NCBI GenBank assembly: GCA_044892505.1
Contig: CM097884.1
Location: forward strand, 29,760,001-29,824,000
Length of the DNA stretch: 64,000 bases
Source of the DNA: Schmidtea nova
Taxonomy: Eukaryota
Direction of reading: 5' to 3'
Notes under the pieces: generated by a model
Databases searched by the model: none
Seen by the model: only the letters and a program-made list of their open reading frames with translations
What the model was told of the DNA's origin: nothing
Part shown: piece by piece, positions 12,601 to 27,600 of the stretch
Layout of the letters: the number at the start of each line of letters is the position of its first letter
Numbering within the stretch: position 1 is the stretch's first letter
Made by a program: the position numbers and the translations under genes

Positions 12601-15600
12601 GAAGAAACAAAGTCTCGCAACATAGAATCTGGCTACGAAATCAAGTCAACAATGAAAGAATGTTACAGCGAAACAGAGGTAAATAAAATAAATTCATTTT
12701 TACAAATAATGTCACTTATTCACTGCCTAAAATCTATCATGATGTCTTTAAAGATAAATACTGTTTTGAAACCTTTATCATAATATTTAATTTTTTAATC
12801 ATATTTAATCATTGTTTATTTATTAACCTCTTCTTTGCAATTTTATGTCTTAGTTTTATTAATTTACAAAATATTTCGAGTCATTTTAGAACTGTTTTCT
12901 TGTGTTTAGATTAAATCTGAAAACATTGCAACTGAAACTGGAATAACAGAATTGATACATACGAGCTTGGAAAAAGATACAAAAGCTTCAAATAAGTTAA
13001 CTGACTATAGAGCAGAGGCCATTGACATGAGCAGTGAATCATTCAAAGATAGTGAAATTGTAGAAGTTTCTTTCGAAAAACTCAAAGACACAGTTGACTT
13101 TAGCGGTAGTGTAGAAAGTAAAATGATTGAAGTAGGAACAGAAACTTTCGGAGAAAAGCATAATGTATTCATCGATACGCTTACAAGTCATGAAGCTGAA
13201 ATTAAATTCGAAGAAACTTTGACTGAGTTCATGCATGAGACGGTAAATAGTGAAAGCAGTTTTGAATGCAAATCAGTTGAAGAAAGCTGGAGTCAAGTTG
13301 GTGCAAAGGCAGTTGAAGTTGGTTCAGAATTCAGAAGCGTGATTGTAGAATGTTCAAGTGAATATACAATTAGTATGAGAGAAAGTCAGGTAGACCAAGC
13401 AATAGAAACTGAAGAAGTCGGTGTAATGACAGTAGGATTGATAGTGATAGATGAGTCATCGGTGTTTGAATTGAGGTGCTGCACAGTTGAATGTGAAACT
13501 GTAGAAATCGTAGAAGAAATAATTCCTTTAGAGGCAAAAGAAGAGGAATCAGAAAGATTGTTAATTGAGAATGAAAGTGTAAGCTGGGAGATTCCAATGC
13601 TAGATATTGCTACTACAACAGTTAAGCCGACATTAGAAGATATTAGCACAGAAAATGTAATTGAGCATGTTGAATATAGTGGTGAATGGTGCCGAGAAAT
13701 TAAGCATGAAAGTGAAATGTTTGAAACAGAGAAATCAGTTTACTCAACAACGATCATATCATCAGATGAAGACATTAAATATTGCTCAGTTGAAATACAA
13801 TTCGAAGAAACAAAGTCTCGCAACATAGAATCTGGCTACGAAATCAAGTCAACAATGAAAGAATGTTACAGCGAAACAGAGGTAAATAAAATAAATTCAT
13901 TTTTACAAATAATGTCACTTATTCACTGCCTAAAATCTATCATGATGTCTTTAAAGATAAATACTGTTTTGAAACCTTTATCATAATATTTAATTTTTTA
14001 ATCATATTTAATCATTGTTTATTTATTAACCTCTTCTTTGCAATTTTATGTCTTAGTTTTATTAATTTACAAAATATTTCGAGTCATTTTAGAACTGTTT
14101 TCTTGTGTTTAGATTAAATCTGAAAACATTGCAACTGAAACTGGAATAACAGAATTGATACATACGAGCTTGGAAAAAGATACAAAAGCTTCAAATAAGT
14201 TAACTGACTATAGAGCAGAGGCCATTGACATGAGCAGTGAATCATTCAAAGATAGTGAAATTGTAGAAGTTTCTTTCGAAAAACTCAAAGACACAGTTGA
14301 CTTTAGCGGTAGTGTAGAAAGTAAAATGATTGAAGTAGGAACAGAAACTTTCGGAGAAAAGCATAATGTATTCATCGATACGCTTACAAGTCATGAAGCT
14401 GAAATTAAATTCGAAGAAACTTTGACTGAGTTCATGTGTGAGACGGTAAATAGTGAAAGCAGTTTTGAATGCAAATCAGTTGAAGAAAGCTGGAGTCAAG
14501 TTGGTGCAAAGGCAGTTGAAGTTGGTTCAGAATTCAGAAGCGTGATTGTAGAATGTTCAAGTGAATATACAATTAGTATGAGAGAAAGTCAGGTAGACCA
14601 AGCAATAGAAACTGAAGAAGTCGGTGTAATGACAGTAGGATTGATAGTGATAGATGAGTCATCGGTGTTTGAATTGAGGTGCTGCACAGTTGAATGTGAA
14701 ACTGTAGAAATCGTAGAAGAAATAATTCCTTTAGAGGCAAAGGAAGAGGAATCAGAAAGATTGTTAATTGAGAATGAAAGTGTAAGCTGGGAGATTCCAA
14801 TGCTAGATATTGCTACTACAACAGTTAAGCCGACATTAGAAGATATTAGCACAGAAAATGTAATTGAGCATGTTGAATATAGTGGTGAATGGTGCCGAGA
14901 AATTAAGCATGAAAGTGAAATGTTTGAAACAGAGAAATCAGTTTACTCAACAACGATCATATCATCAGATGAAGACATTAAATATTGCTCAGTTGAAATA
15001 CAATTCGAAGAAACAAAGTCTCGCAACATAGAATCTGGCTACGAAATCAAGTCAACAATGAAAGAATGTTACAGCGAAACAGAGGTAAATAAAATAAATT
15101 CATTTTTACAAATAATGTCACTTATTCACTGCCTAAAATCTATCATGATGTCTTTAAAGATAAATACTGTTTTGAAACCTTTATCATAATATTTAATTTT
15201 TTAATCATATTTAATCATTGTTTATTTATTAACCTCTTCTTTGCAATTTTATGTCTTAGTTTTATTAATTTACAAAATATTTCGAGTCATTTTTAGAACT
15301 GTTTTCTTGTGTTTAGATTAAATCTGAAAACATTGCAACTGAAACTGGAATAACAGAATTGATACATACGAGCTTGGAAAAAGATACAAAAGCTTCAAAT
15401 AAGTTAACTGACTATAGAGCAGAGGCCATTGACATGAGCAGTGAATCATTCAAAGATAGTGAAATTGTAGAAGTTTCTTTCGAAAAACTCAAAGACACAG
15501 TTGACTTTAGCGGTAGTGTAGAAAGTAAAATGATTGAAGTAGGAACAGAAACTTTCGGAGAAAAGCATAATGTATTCATCGATACGCTTACAAGTCATGA

Positions 15601-18600
15601 AGCTGAAATTAAATTCGAAGAAACTTTGACTGAGTTCATGTGTGAGACGGTAAATAGTGAAAGCAGTTTTGAATGCAAATCAGTTGAAGAAAGCTGGAGT
15701 CAAGTTGGTGCAAAGGCAGTTGAAGTTGGTTCAGAATTCAGAAGCGTGATTGTAGAATGTTCAAGTGAATATACAATTAGTATGAGAGAAAGTCAGGTAG
15801 ACCAAGCAATAGAAACTGAAGAAGTCGGTGTAATGACAGTAGGATTGATAGTGATAGATGAGTCATCGGTGTTTGAATTGAGGTGCTGCACAGTTGAATG
15901 TGAAACTGTAGAAATCGTAGAAGAAATAATTCCTTTAGAGGCAAAGGAAGAGGAATCAGAAAGATTGTTAATTGAGAATGAAAGTGTAAGCTGGGAGATT
16001 CCAATGCTAGATATTGCTACTACAACAGTTAAGCCGACATTAGAAGATATTAGCACAGAAAATGTAATTGAGCATGTTGAATATAGTGGTGAATGGTGCC
16101 GAGAAATTAAGCATGAAAGTGAAATGTTTGAAACAGAGAAATCAGTTTACTCAACAACGATCATATCATCAGATGAAGACATTAAATATTGCTCAGTTGA
16201 AATACAATTCGAAGAAACAAAGTCTCGCAACATAGAATCTGGCTACGAAATCAAGTCAACAATGAAAGAATGTTACAGCGAAACAGAGGTAAATAAAATA
16301 AATTCATTTTTACAAATAATGTCACTTATTCACTGCCTAAAATCTATCATGATGTCTTTAAAGATAAATACTGTTTTGAAACCTTTATCATAATATTTAA
16401 TTTTTTAATCATATTTAATCATTGTTTATTTATTAACCTCTTCTTTGCAATTTTATGTCTTAGTTTTATTAATTTACAAAATATTTCGAGTCATTTTAGA
16501 ACTGTTTTCTTGTGTTTAGATTAAATCTGAAAACATTGCAACTGAAACTGGAATAACAGAATTGATACATACGAGCTTGGAAAAAGATACAAAAGCTTCA
16601 AATAAGTTAACTGACTATAGAGCAGAGGCCATTGACATGAGCAGTGAATCATTCAAAGATAGTGAAATTGTAGAAGTTTCTTTCGAAAAACTCAAAGACA
16701 CAGTTGACTTTAGTGGTAGTGTAGAAAGTAAAATGATTGAAGTAGGAACAGAAACTTTCGGAGAAAAGCATAATGTATTCATCGATACGCTTACAAGTCA
16801 TGAAGCTGAAATTAAATTCGAAGAAACTTTGACTGAGTTCATGTGTGAGACGGTAAATAGTGAAAGCAGTTTTGAATGCAAATCAGTTGAAGAAAGCTGG
16901 AGTCAAGTTGGTGCAAAGGCAGTTGAAGTTGGTTCAGAATTCAGAAGCGTGATTGTAGAATGTTCAAGTGAATATACAATTAGTATGAGAGAAAGTCAGG
17001 TAGACCAAGCAATAGAAACTGAAGAAGTCGGTGTAATGACAGTAGGATTGATAGTGATAGATGAGTCATCGGTGTTTGAATTGAGGTGCTGCACAGTTGA
17101 ATGTGAAACTGTAGAAATCGTAGAAGAAATAATTCCTTTAGATGCAAAGGAAGAGGAATCAGAAAGATTGTTAATTGAGAATGAAAGTGTAAGCTGGGAG
17201 ATTCCAATGCTAGATATTGCTACTACAACAGTTAAGCCGACATTAGAAGATATTAGCACAGAAAATGTAATTGAGCATGTTGAATATAGTGGTGAATGGT
17301 GCCGAGAAATTAAGCATGAAAGTGAAATGTTTGAAACAGAGAAATCAGTTTACTCAACAACGATCATATCATCAGATGAAGACATTAAATATTGCTCAGT
17401 TGAAATACAATTCGAAGAAACAAAGTCTCGCAACATAGAATCTGGCTACGAAATCAAGTCAACAATGAAAGAATGTTACAGCGAAACAGAGGTAAATAAA
17501 ATAAATTCATTTTTACAAATAATGTCACTTATTCACTGCCTAAAATCTATCATGATGTCTTTAAAGATAAATACTGTTTTGAAACCTTTATCATAATATT
17601 TAATTTTTTAATCATATTTAATCATTGTTTATTTATTAACCTCTTCTTTGCAATTTTATGTCTTAGTTTTATTAATTTACAAAATATTTCGAGTCATTTT
17701 AGAACTGTTTTCTTGTGTTTAGATTAAATCTGAAAACATTGCAACTGAAACTGGAATAACAGAATTGATACATACGAGCTTGGAAAAAGATACAAAAGCT
17801 TCAAATAAGTTAACTGACTATAGAGCAGAGGCCATTGACATGAGCAGTGAATCATTCAAAGATAGTGAAATTGTAGAAGTTTCTTTCGAAAAACTCAAAG
17901 ACACAGTTGACTTTAGCGGTAGTGTAGAAAGTAAAATGATTGAAGTAGGAACAGAAACTTTCGGAGAAAAGCATAATGTATTCATCGATACGCTTACAAG
18001 TCATGAAGCTGAAATTAAATTCGAAGAAACTTTGACTGAGTTCATGTGTGAGACGGTAAATAGTGAAAGCAGTTTTGAATGCAAATCAGTTGAAGAAAGC
18101 TGGAGTCAAGTTGGTGCAAAGGCAGTTGAAGTTGGTTCAGAATTCAGAAGCGTGATTGTAGAATGTTCAAGTGAATATACAATTAGTATGAGAGAAAGTC
18201 AGGTAGACCAAGCAATAGAAACTGAAGAAGTCGGTGTAATGACAGTAGGATTGATAGTGATAGATGAGTCATCGGTGTTTGAATTGAGGTGCTGCACAGT
18301 TGAATGTGAAACTGTAGAAATCGTAGAAGAAATAATTCCTTTAGAGGCAAAGGAAGAGGAATCAGAAAGATTGTTAATTGAGAATGAAAGTGTAAGCTGG
18401 GAGATTCCAATGCTAGATATTGCTACTACAACAGTTAAGCCGACATTAGAAGATATTAGCACAGAAAATGTAATTGAGCATGTTGAATATAGTGGTGAAT
18501 GGTGCCGAGAAATTAAGCATGAAAGTGAAATGTTTGAAACAGAGAAATCAGTTTACTCAACAACGATCATATCATCAGATGAAGACATTAAATATTGCTC

Positions 18601-21600
18601 AGTTGAAATACAATTCGAAGAAACAAAGTCTCGCAACATAGAATCTGGCTACGAAATCAAGTCAACAATGAAAGAATGTTACAGCGAAACAGAGGTAAAT
18701 AAAATAAATTCATTTTTACAAATAATGTCACTTATTCACTGCCTAAAATCTATCATGATGTCTTTAAAGATAAATACTGTTTTGAAACCTTTATCATAAT
18801 ATTTAATTTTTTAATCATATTTAATCATTGTTTATTTATTAACCTCTTCTTTGCAATTTTATGTCTTAGTTTTATTAATTTACAAAATATTTCGAGTCAT
18901 TTTAGAACTGTTTTCTTGTGTTTAGATTAAATCTGAAAACATTGCAACTGAAACTGGAATAACAGAATTGATACATACGAGCTTGGAAAAAGATACAAAA
19001 GCTTCAAATAAGTTAACTGACTATAGAGCAGAGGCCATTGACATGAGCAGTGAATCATTCAAAGATAGTGAAATTGTAGAAGTTTCTTTCGAAAAACTCA
19101 AAGACACAGTTGACTTTAGTGGTAGTGTAGAAAGTAAAATGATTGAAGTAGGAACAGAAACTTTCGGAGAAAAGCATAATGTATTCATCGATACGCTTAC
19201 AAGTCATGAAGCTGAAATTAAATTCGAAGAAACTTTGACTGAGTTCATGTGTGAGACGGTAAATAGTGAAAGCAGTTTTGAATGCAAATCAGTTGAAGAA
19301 AGCTGGAGTCAAGTTGGTGCAAAGGCAGTTGAAGTTGGTTCAGAATTCAGAAGCGTGATTGTAGAATGTTCAAGTGAATATACAATTAGTATGAGAGAAA
19401 GTCAGGTAGACCAAGCAATAGAAACTGAAGAAGTCGGTGTAATGACAGTAGGATTGATAGTGATAGATGAGTCATCGGTGTTTGAATTGAGGTGCTGCAC
19501 AGTTGAATGTGAAACTGTAGAAATCGTAGAAGAAATAATTCCTTTAGAGGCAAAGGAAGAGGAATCAGAAAGATTGTTAATTGAGAATGAAAGTGTAAGC
19601 TGGGAGATTCCAATGCTAGATATTGCTACTACAACAGTTAAGCCGACATTAGAAGATATTAGCACAGAAAATGTAATTGAGCATGTTGAATATAGTGGTG
19701 AATGGTGCCGAGAAATTAAGCATGAAAGTGAAATGTTTGAAACAGAGAAATCAGTTTACTCAACAACGATCATATCATCAGATGAAGACATTAAATATTG
19801 CTCAGTTGAAATACAATTCGAAGAAACAAAGTCTCGCAACATAGAATCTGGCTACGAAATCAAGTCAACAATGAAAGAATGTTACAGCGAAACAGAGGTA
19901 AATAAAATAAATTCATTTTTACAAATAATGTCACTTATTCACTGCCTAAAATCTATCATGATGTCTTTAAAGATAAATACTGTTTTGAAACCTTTATCAT
20001 AATATTTAATTTTTTAATCATATTTAATCATTGTTTATTTATTAACCTCTTCTTTGCAATTTTATGTCTTAGTTTTATTAATTTACAAAATATTTCGAGT
20101 CATTTTAGAACTGTTTTCTTGTGTTTAGATTAAATCTGAAAACATTGCAACTGAAACTGGAATAACAGAATTGATACATACGAGCTTGGAAAAAGATACA
20201 AAAGCTTCAAATAAGTTAACTGACTATAGAGCAGAGGCCATTGACATGAGCAGTGAATCATTCAAAGATAGTGAAATTGTAGAAGTTTCTTTCGAAAAAC
20301 TCAAAGACACAGTTGACTTTAGTGGTAGTGTAGAAAGTAAAATGATTGAAGTAGGAACAGAAACTTTCGGAGAAAAGCATAATGTATTCATCGATACGCT
20401 TACAAGTCATGAAGCTGAAATTAAATTCGAAGAAACTTTGACTGAGTTCATGTGTGAGACGGTAAATAGTGAAAGCAGTTTTGAATGCAAATCAGTTGAA
20501 GAAAGCTGGAGTCAAGTTGGTGCAAAGGCAGTTGAAGTTGGTTCAGAATTCAGAAGCGTGATTGTAGAATGTTCAAGTGAATATACAATTAGTATGAGAG
20601 AAAGTCAGGTAGACCAAGCAATAGAAACTGAAGAAGTCGGTGTAATGACAGTAGGATTGATAGTGATAGATGAGTCATCGGTGTTTGAATTGAGGTGCTG
20701 CACAGTTGAATGTGAAACTGTAGAAATCGTAGAAGAAATAATTCCTTTAGAGGCAAAGGAAGAGGAATCAGAAAGATTGTTAATTGAGAATGAAAGTGTA
20801 AGCTGGGAGATTCCAATGCTAGATATTGCTACTACAACAGTTAAGCCGACATTAGAAGATATTAGCACAGAAAATGTAATTGAGCATGTTGAATATAGTG
20901 GTGAATGGTGCCGAGAAATTAAGCATGAAAGTGAAATGTTTGAAACAGAGAAATCAGTTTACTCAACAACGATCATATCATCAGATGAAGACATTAAATA
21001 TTGCTCAGTTGAAATACAATTCGAAGAAACAAAGTCTCGCAACATAGAATCTGGCTACGAAATCAAGTCAACAATGAAAGAATGTTACAGCGAAACAGAG
21101 GTAAATAAAATAAATTCATTTTTACAAATAATGTCACTTATTCACTGCCTAAAATCTATCATGATGTCTTTAAAGATAAATACTGTTTTGAAACCTTTAT
21201 CATAATATTTAATTTTTTAATCATATTTAATCATTGTTTATTTATTAACCTCTTCTTTGCAATTTTATGTCTTAGTTTTATTAATTTACAAAATATTTCG
21301 AGTCATTTTAGAACTGTTTTCTTGTGTTTAGATTAAATCTGAAAACATTGCAACTGAAACTGGAATAACAGAATTGATACATACGAGCTTGGAAAAAGAT
21401 ACAAAAGCTTCAAATAAGTTAACTGACTATAGAGCAGAGGCCATTGACATGAGCAGTGAATCATTCAAAGATAGTGAAATTGTAGAAGTTTCTTTCGAAA
21501 AACTCAAAGACACAGTTGACTTTAGCGGTAGTGTAGAAAGTAAAATGATTGAAGTAGGAACAGAAACTTTCGGAGAAAAGCATAATGTATTCATCGATAC

Positions 21601-24600
21601 GCTTACAAGTCATGAAGCTGAAATTAAATTCGAAGAAACTTTGACTGAGTTCATGTGTGAGACGGTAAATAGTGAAAGCAGTTTTGAATGCAAATCAGTT
21701 GAAGAAAGCTGGAGTCAAGTTGGTGCAAAGGCAGTTGAAGTTGGTTCAGAATTCAGAAGCGTGATTGTAGAATGTTCAAGTGAATATACAATTAGTATGA
21801 GAGAAAGTCAGGTAGACCAAGCAATAGAAACTGAAGAAGTCGGTGTAATGACAGTAGGATTGATAGTGATAGATGAGTCATCGGTGTTTGAATTGAGGTG
21901 CTGCACAGTTGAATGTGAAACTGTAGAAATCGTAGAAGAAATAATTCCTTTAGAGGCAAAGGAAGAGGAATCAGAAAGATTGTTAATTGAGAATGAAAGT
22001 GTAAGCTGGGAGATTCCAATGCTAGATATTGCTACTACAACAGTTAAGCCGACATTAGAAGATATTAGCACAGAAAATGTAATTGAGCATGTTGAATATA
22101 GTGGTGAATGGTGCCGAGAAATTAAGCATGAAAGTGAAATGTTTGAAACAGAGAAATCAGTTTACTCAACAACGATCATATCATCAGATGAAGACATTAA
22201 ATATTGCTCAGTTGAAATACAATTCGAAGAAACAAAGTCTCGCAACATAGAATCTGGCTACGAAATCAAGTCAACAATGAAAGAATGTTACAGCGAAACA
22301 GAGGTAAATAAAATAAATTCATTTTTACAAATAATGTCACTTATTCACTGCCTAAACTCTATCATGATGTCTTTAAAGATAAATACTGTTTTGAAACCTT
22401 TATCATAATATTTAATTTTTTAATCATATTTAATCATTGTTTATTTATTAACCTCTTCTTTGCAATTTTATGTCTTAGTTTTATTAATTTACAAAATATT
22501 TCGAGTCATTTTAGAACTGTTTTCTTGTGTTTAGATTAAATCTGAAAACATTGCAACTGAAACTGGAATAACAGAATTGATACATACGAGCTTGGAAAAA
22601 GATACAAAAGCTTCAAATAAGTTAACTGACTATAGAGCAGAGGCCATTGACATGAGCAGTGAATCATTCAAAGATAGTGAAATTGTAGAAGTTTCTTTCG
22701 AAAAACTCAAAGACACAGTTGACTTTAGCGGTAGTGTAGAAAGTAAAATGATTGAAGTAGGAACAGAAACTTTCGGAGAAAAGCATAATGTATTCATCGA
22801 TACGCTTACAAGTCATGAAGCTGAAATTAAATTCGAAGAAACTTTGACTGAGTTCATGTGTGAGACGGTAAATAGTGAAAGCAGTTTTGAATGCAAATCA
22901 GTTGAAGAAAGCTGGAGTCAAGTTGGTGCAAAGGCAGTTGAAGTTGGTTCAGAATTCAGAAGCGTGATTGTAGAATGTTCAAGTGAATATACAATTAGTA
23001 TGAGAGAAAGTCAGGTAGACCAAGCAATAGAAACTGAAGAAGTCGGTGTAATGACAGTAGGATTGATAGTGATAGATGAGTCATCGGTGTTTGAATTGAG
23101 GTGCTGCACAGTTGAATGTGAAACTGTAGAAATCGTAGAAGAAATAATTCCTTTAGAGGCAAAGGAAGAGGAATCAGAAAGATTGTTAATTGAGAATGAA
23201 AGTGTAAGCTGGGAGATTCCAATGCTAGATATTGCTACTACAACAGTTAAGCCGACATTAGAAGATATTAGCACAGAAAATGTAATTGAGCATGTTGAAT
23301 ATAGTGGTGAATGGTGCCGAGAAATTAAGCATGAAAGTGAAATGTTTGAAACAGAGAAATCAGTTTACTCAACAACGATCATATCATCAGATGAAGACAT
23401 TAAATATTGCTCAGTTGAAATACAATTCGAAGAAACAAAGTCTCGCAACATAGAATCTGGCTACGAAATCAAGTCAACAATGAAAGAATGTTACAGCGAA
23501 ACAGAGGTAAATAAAATAAATTCATTTTTACAAATAATGTCACTTATTCACTGCCTAAACTCTATCATGATGTCTTTAAAGATAAATATTGTTTTGAAAC
23601 CTTTATCATAATATTTAATTTTTTAATCATATTTAATCATTGTTTATTTATTAACCTCTTCTTTGCAATTTTATGTCTTAGTTTTATTAATTTACAAAAT
23701 ATTTCGAGTCATTTTAGAACTGTTTTCTTGTGTTTAGATTAAATCTGAAAACATTGCAACTGAAACTGGAATAACAGAATTGATACATACGAGCTTGGAA
23801 AAAGATACAAAAGCTTCAAATAAGTTAACTGACTATAGAGCAGAGGCCATTGACATGAGCAGTGAATCATTCAAAGATAGTGAAATTGTAGAAGTTTCTT
23901 TCGAAAAACTCAAAGACACAGTTGACTTTAGCGGTAGTGTAGAAAGTAAAATGATTGAAGTAGGAACAGAAACTTTCGGAGAAAAGCATAATGTATTCAT
24001 CGATACGCTTACAAGTCATGAAGCTGAAATTAAATTCGAAGAAACTTTGACTGAGTTCATGTGTGAGACGGTAAATAGTGAAAGCAGTTTTGAATGCAAA
24101 TCAGTTGAAGAAAGCTGGAGTCAAGTTGGTGCAAAGGCAGTTGAAGTTGGTTCAGAATTCAGAAGCGTGATTGTAGAATGTTCAAGTGAATATACAATTA
24201 GTATGAGAGAAAGTCAGGTAGACCAAGCAATAGAAACTGAAGAAGTCGGTGTAATGACAGTAGGATTGATAGTGATAGATGAGTCATCGGTGTTTGAATT
24301 GAGGTGCTGCACAGTTGAATGTGAAACTGTAGAAATCGTAGAAGAAATAATTCCTTTAGAGGCAAAGGAAGAGGAATCAGAAAGATTGTTAATTGAGAAT
24401 GAAAGTGTAAGCTGGGAGATTCCAATGCTAGATATTGCTACTACAACAGTTAAGCCGACATTAGAAGATATTAGCACAGAAAATGTAATTGAGCATGTTG
24501 AATATAGTGGTGAATGGTGCCGAGAAATTAAGCATGAAAGTGAAATGTTTGAAACAGAGAAATCAGTTTACTCAACAACGATCATATCATCAGATGAAGA

Positions 24601-27600
24601 CATTAAATATTGCTCAGTTGAAATACAATTCGAAGAAACAAAGTCTCGCAACATAGAATCTGGCTACGAAATCAAGTCAACAATGAAAGAATGTTACAGC
24701 GAAACAGAGGTAAATAAAATAAATTCATTTTTACAAATAATGTCACTTATTCACTGCCTAAACTCTATCATGATGTCTTTAAAGATAAATATTGTTTTGA
24801 AACCTTTATCATAATATTTAATTTTTTAATCATATTTAATCATTGTTTATTTATTAACCTCTTCTTTGCAATTTTATGTCTTAGTTTTATTAATTTACAA
24901 AATATTTCGAGTCATTTTAGAACTGTTTTCTTGTGTTTAGATTAAATCTGAAAACATTGCAACTGAAACTGGAATAACAGAATTGATACATACGAGCTTG
25001 GAAAAAGATACAAAAGCTTCAAATAAGTTAACTGACTATAGAGCAGAGGCCATTGACATGAGCAGTGAATCATTCAAAGATAGTGAAATTGTAGAAGTTT
25101 CTTTCGAAAAACTCAAAGACACAGTTGACTTTAGCGGTAGTGTAGAAAGTAAAATGATTGAAGTAGGAACAGAAACTTTCGGAGAAAAGCATAATGTATT
25201 CATCGATACGCTTACAAGTCATGAAGCTGAAATTAAATTCGAAGAAACTTTGACTGAGTTCATGTGTGAGACGGTAAATAGTGAAAGCAGTTTTGAATGC
25301 AAATCAGTTGAAGAAAGCTGGAGTCAAGTTGGTGCAAAGGCAGTTGAAGTTGGTTCAGAATTCAGAAGCGTGATTGTAGAATGTTCAAGTGAATATACAA
25401 TTAGTATGAGAGAAAGTCAGGTAGACCAAGCAATAGAAACTGAAGAAGTCGGTGTAATGACAGTAGGATTGATAGTGATAGATGAGTCATCGGTGTTTGA
25501 ATTGAGGTGCTGCACAGTTGAATGTGAAACTGTAGAAATCGTAGAAGAAATAATTCCTTTAGAGGCAAAGGAAGAGGAATCAGAAAGATTGTTAATTGAG
25601 AATGAAAGTGTAAGCTGGGAGATTCCAATGCTAGATATTGCTACTACAACAGTTAAGCCGACATTAGAAGATATTAGCACAGAAAATGTAATTGAGCATG
25701 TTGAATATAGTGGTGAATGGTGCCGAGAAATTAAGCATGAAAGTGAAATGTTTGAAACAGAGAAATCAGTTTACTCAACAACGATCATATCATCAGATGA
25801 AGACATTAAATATTGCTCAGTTGAAATACAATTCGAAGAAACAAAGTCTCGCAACATAGAATCTGGCTACGAAATCAAGTCAACAATGAAAGAATGTTAC
25901 AGCGAAACAGAGGTAAATAAAATAAATTCATTTTTACAAATAATGTCACTTATTCACTGCCAAAAATCTATCATGATGTCTTTAAAGATAAATACTGTTT
26001 TGAAACCTTTATCATAATATTTAATTTTTTAATCATATTTAATCATTGTTTATTTATTAACCTCTTCTTTGCAATTTTATGTCTTAGTTTTATTAATTTA
26101 CAAAATATTTCGAGTCATTTTTAGAACTGTTTTCTTGTGTTTAGATTAAATCTGAAAACATTGCAACTGAAACTGGAATAACAGAATTGATACATACGAG
26201 CTTGGAAAAAGATACAAAAGCTTCAAATAAGTTAACTGACTATAGAGCAGAGGCCATTGACATGAGCAGTGAATCATTCAAAGATAGTGAAATTGTAGAA
26301 GTTTCTTTCGAAAAACTCAAAGACACAGTTGACTTTAGCGGTAGTGTAGAAAGTAAAATGATTGAAGTAGGAACAGAAACTTTCGGAGAAAAGCATAATG
26401 TATTCATCGATACGCTTACAAGTCATGAAGCTGAAATTAAATTCGAAGAAACTTTGACTGAGTTCATGTGTGAGACGGTAAATAGTGAAAGCAGTTTTGA
26501 ATGCAAATCAGTTGAAGAAAGCTGGAGTCAAGTTGGTGCAAAGGCAGTTGAAGTTGGTTCAGAATTCAGAAGCGTGATTGTAGAATGTTCAAGTGAATAT
26601 ACAATTAGTATGAGAGAAAGTCAGGTAGACCAAGCAATAGAAACTGAAGAAGTCGGTGTAATGACAGTAGGATTGATAGTGATAGATGAGTCATCGGTGT
26701 TTGAATTGAGGTGCTGCACAGTTGAATGTGAAACTGTAGAAATCGTAGAAGAAATAATTCCTTTAGAGGCAAAGGAAGAGGAATCAGAAAGATTGTTAAT
26801 TGAGAATGAAAGTGTAAGCTGGGAGATTCCAATGCTAGATATTGCTACTACAACAGTTAAGCCGACATTAGAAGATATTAGCACAGAAAATGTAATTGAG
26901 CATGTTGAATATAGTGGTGAATGGTGCCGAGAAATTAAGCATGAAAGTGAAATGTTTGAAACAGAGAAATCAGTTTACTCAACAACGATCATATCATCAG
27001 ATGAAGACATTAAATATTGCTCAGTTGAAATACAATTCGAAGAAACAAAGTCTCGCAACATAGAATCTGGCTACGAAATCAAGTCAACAATGAAAGAATG
27101 TTACAGCGAAACAGAGGTAAATAAAATAAATTCATTTTTACAAATAATGTCACTTATTCACTGCCTAAAATCTATCATGATGTCTTTAAAGATAAATACT
27201 GTTTTGAAACCTTTATCATAATATTTAATTTTTTAATCATATTTAATCATTGTTTATTTATTAACCTCTTCTTTGCAATTTTATGTCTTAGTTTTATTAA
27301 TTTACAAAATATTTCGAGTCATTTTTAGAACTGTTTTCTTGTGTTTAGATTAAATCTGAAAACATTGCAACTGAAACTGGAATAACAGAATTGATACGTA
27401 CGAGCTTGGAAAAAGATACAAAAGCTTCAAATAAGTTAACTGACTATAGAGTAGAGGCCATTGACATGAGCAGTGAATCATTCAAAGATAGTGAAATTGT
27501 AGAAGTTTCTTTCGAAAAACTCAAAGACACAGTTGACTTTAGCGGTAGTGTAGAAAGTAAAATGATTGAAGTAGGAACAGAAACTTTCGGAGAAAAGCAT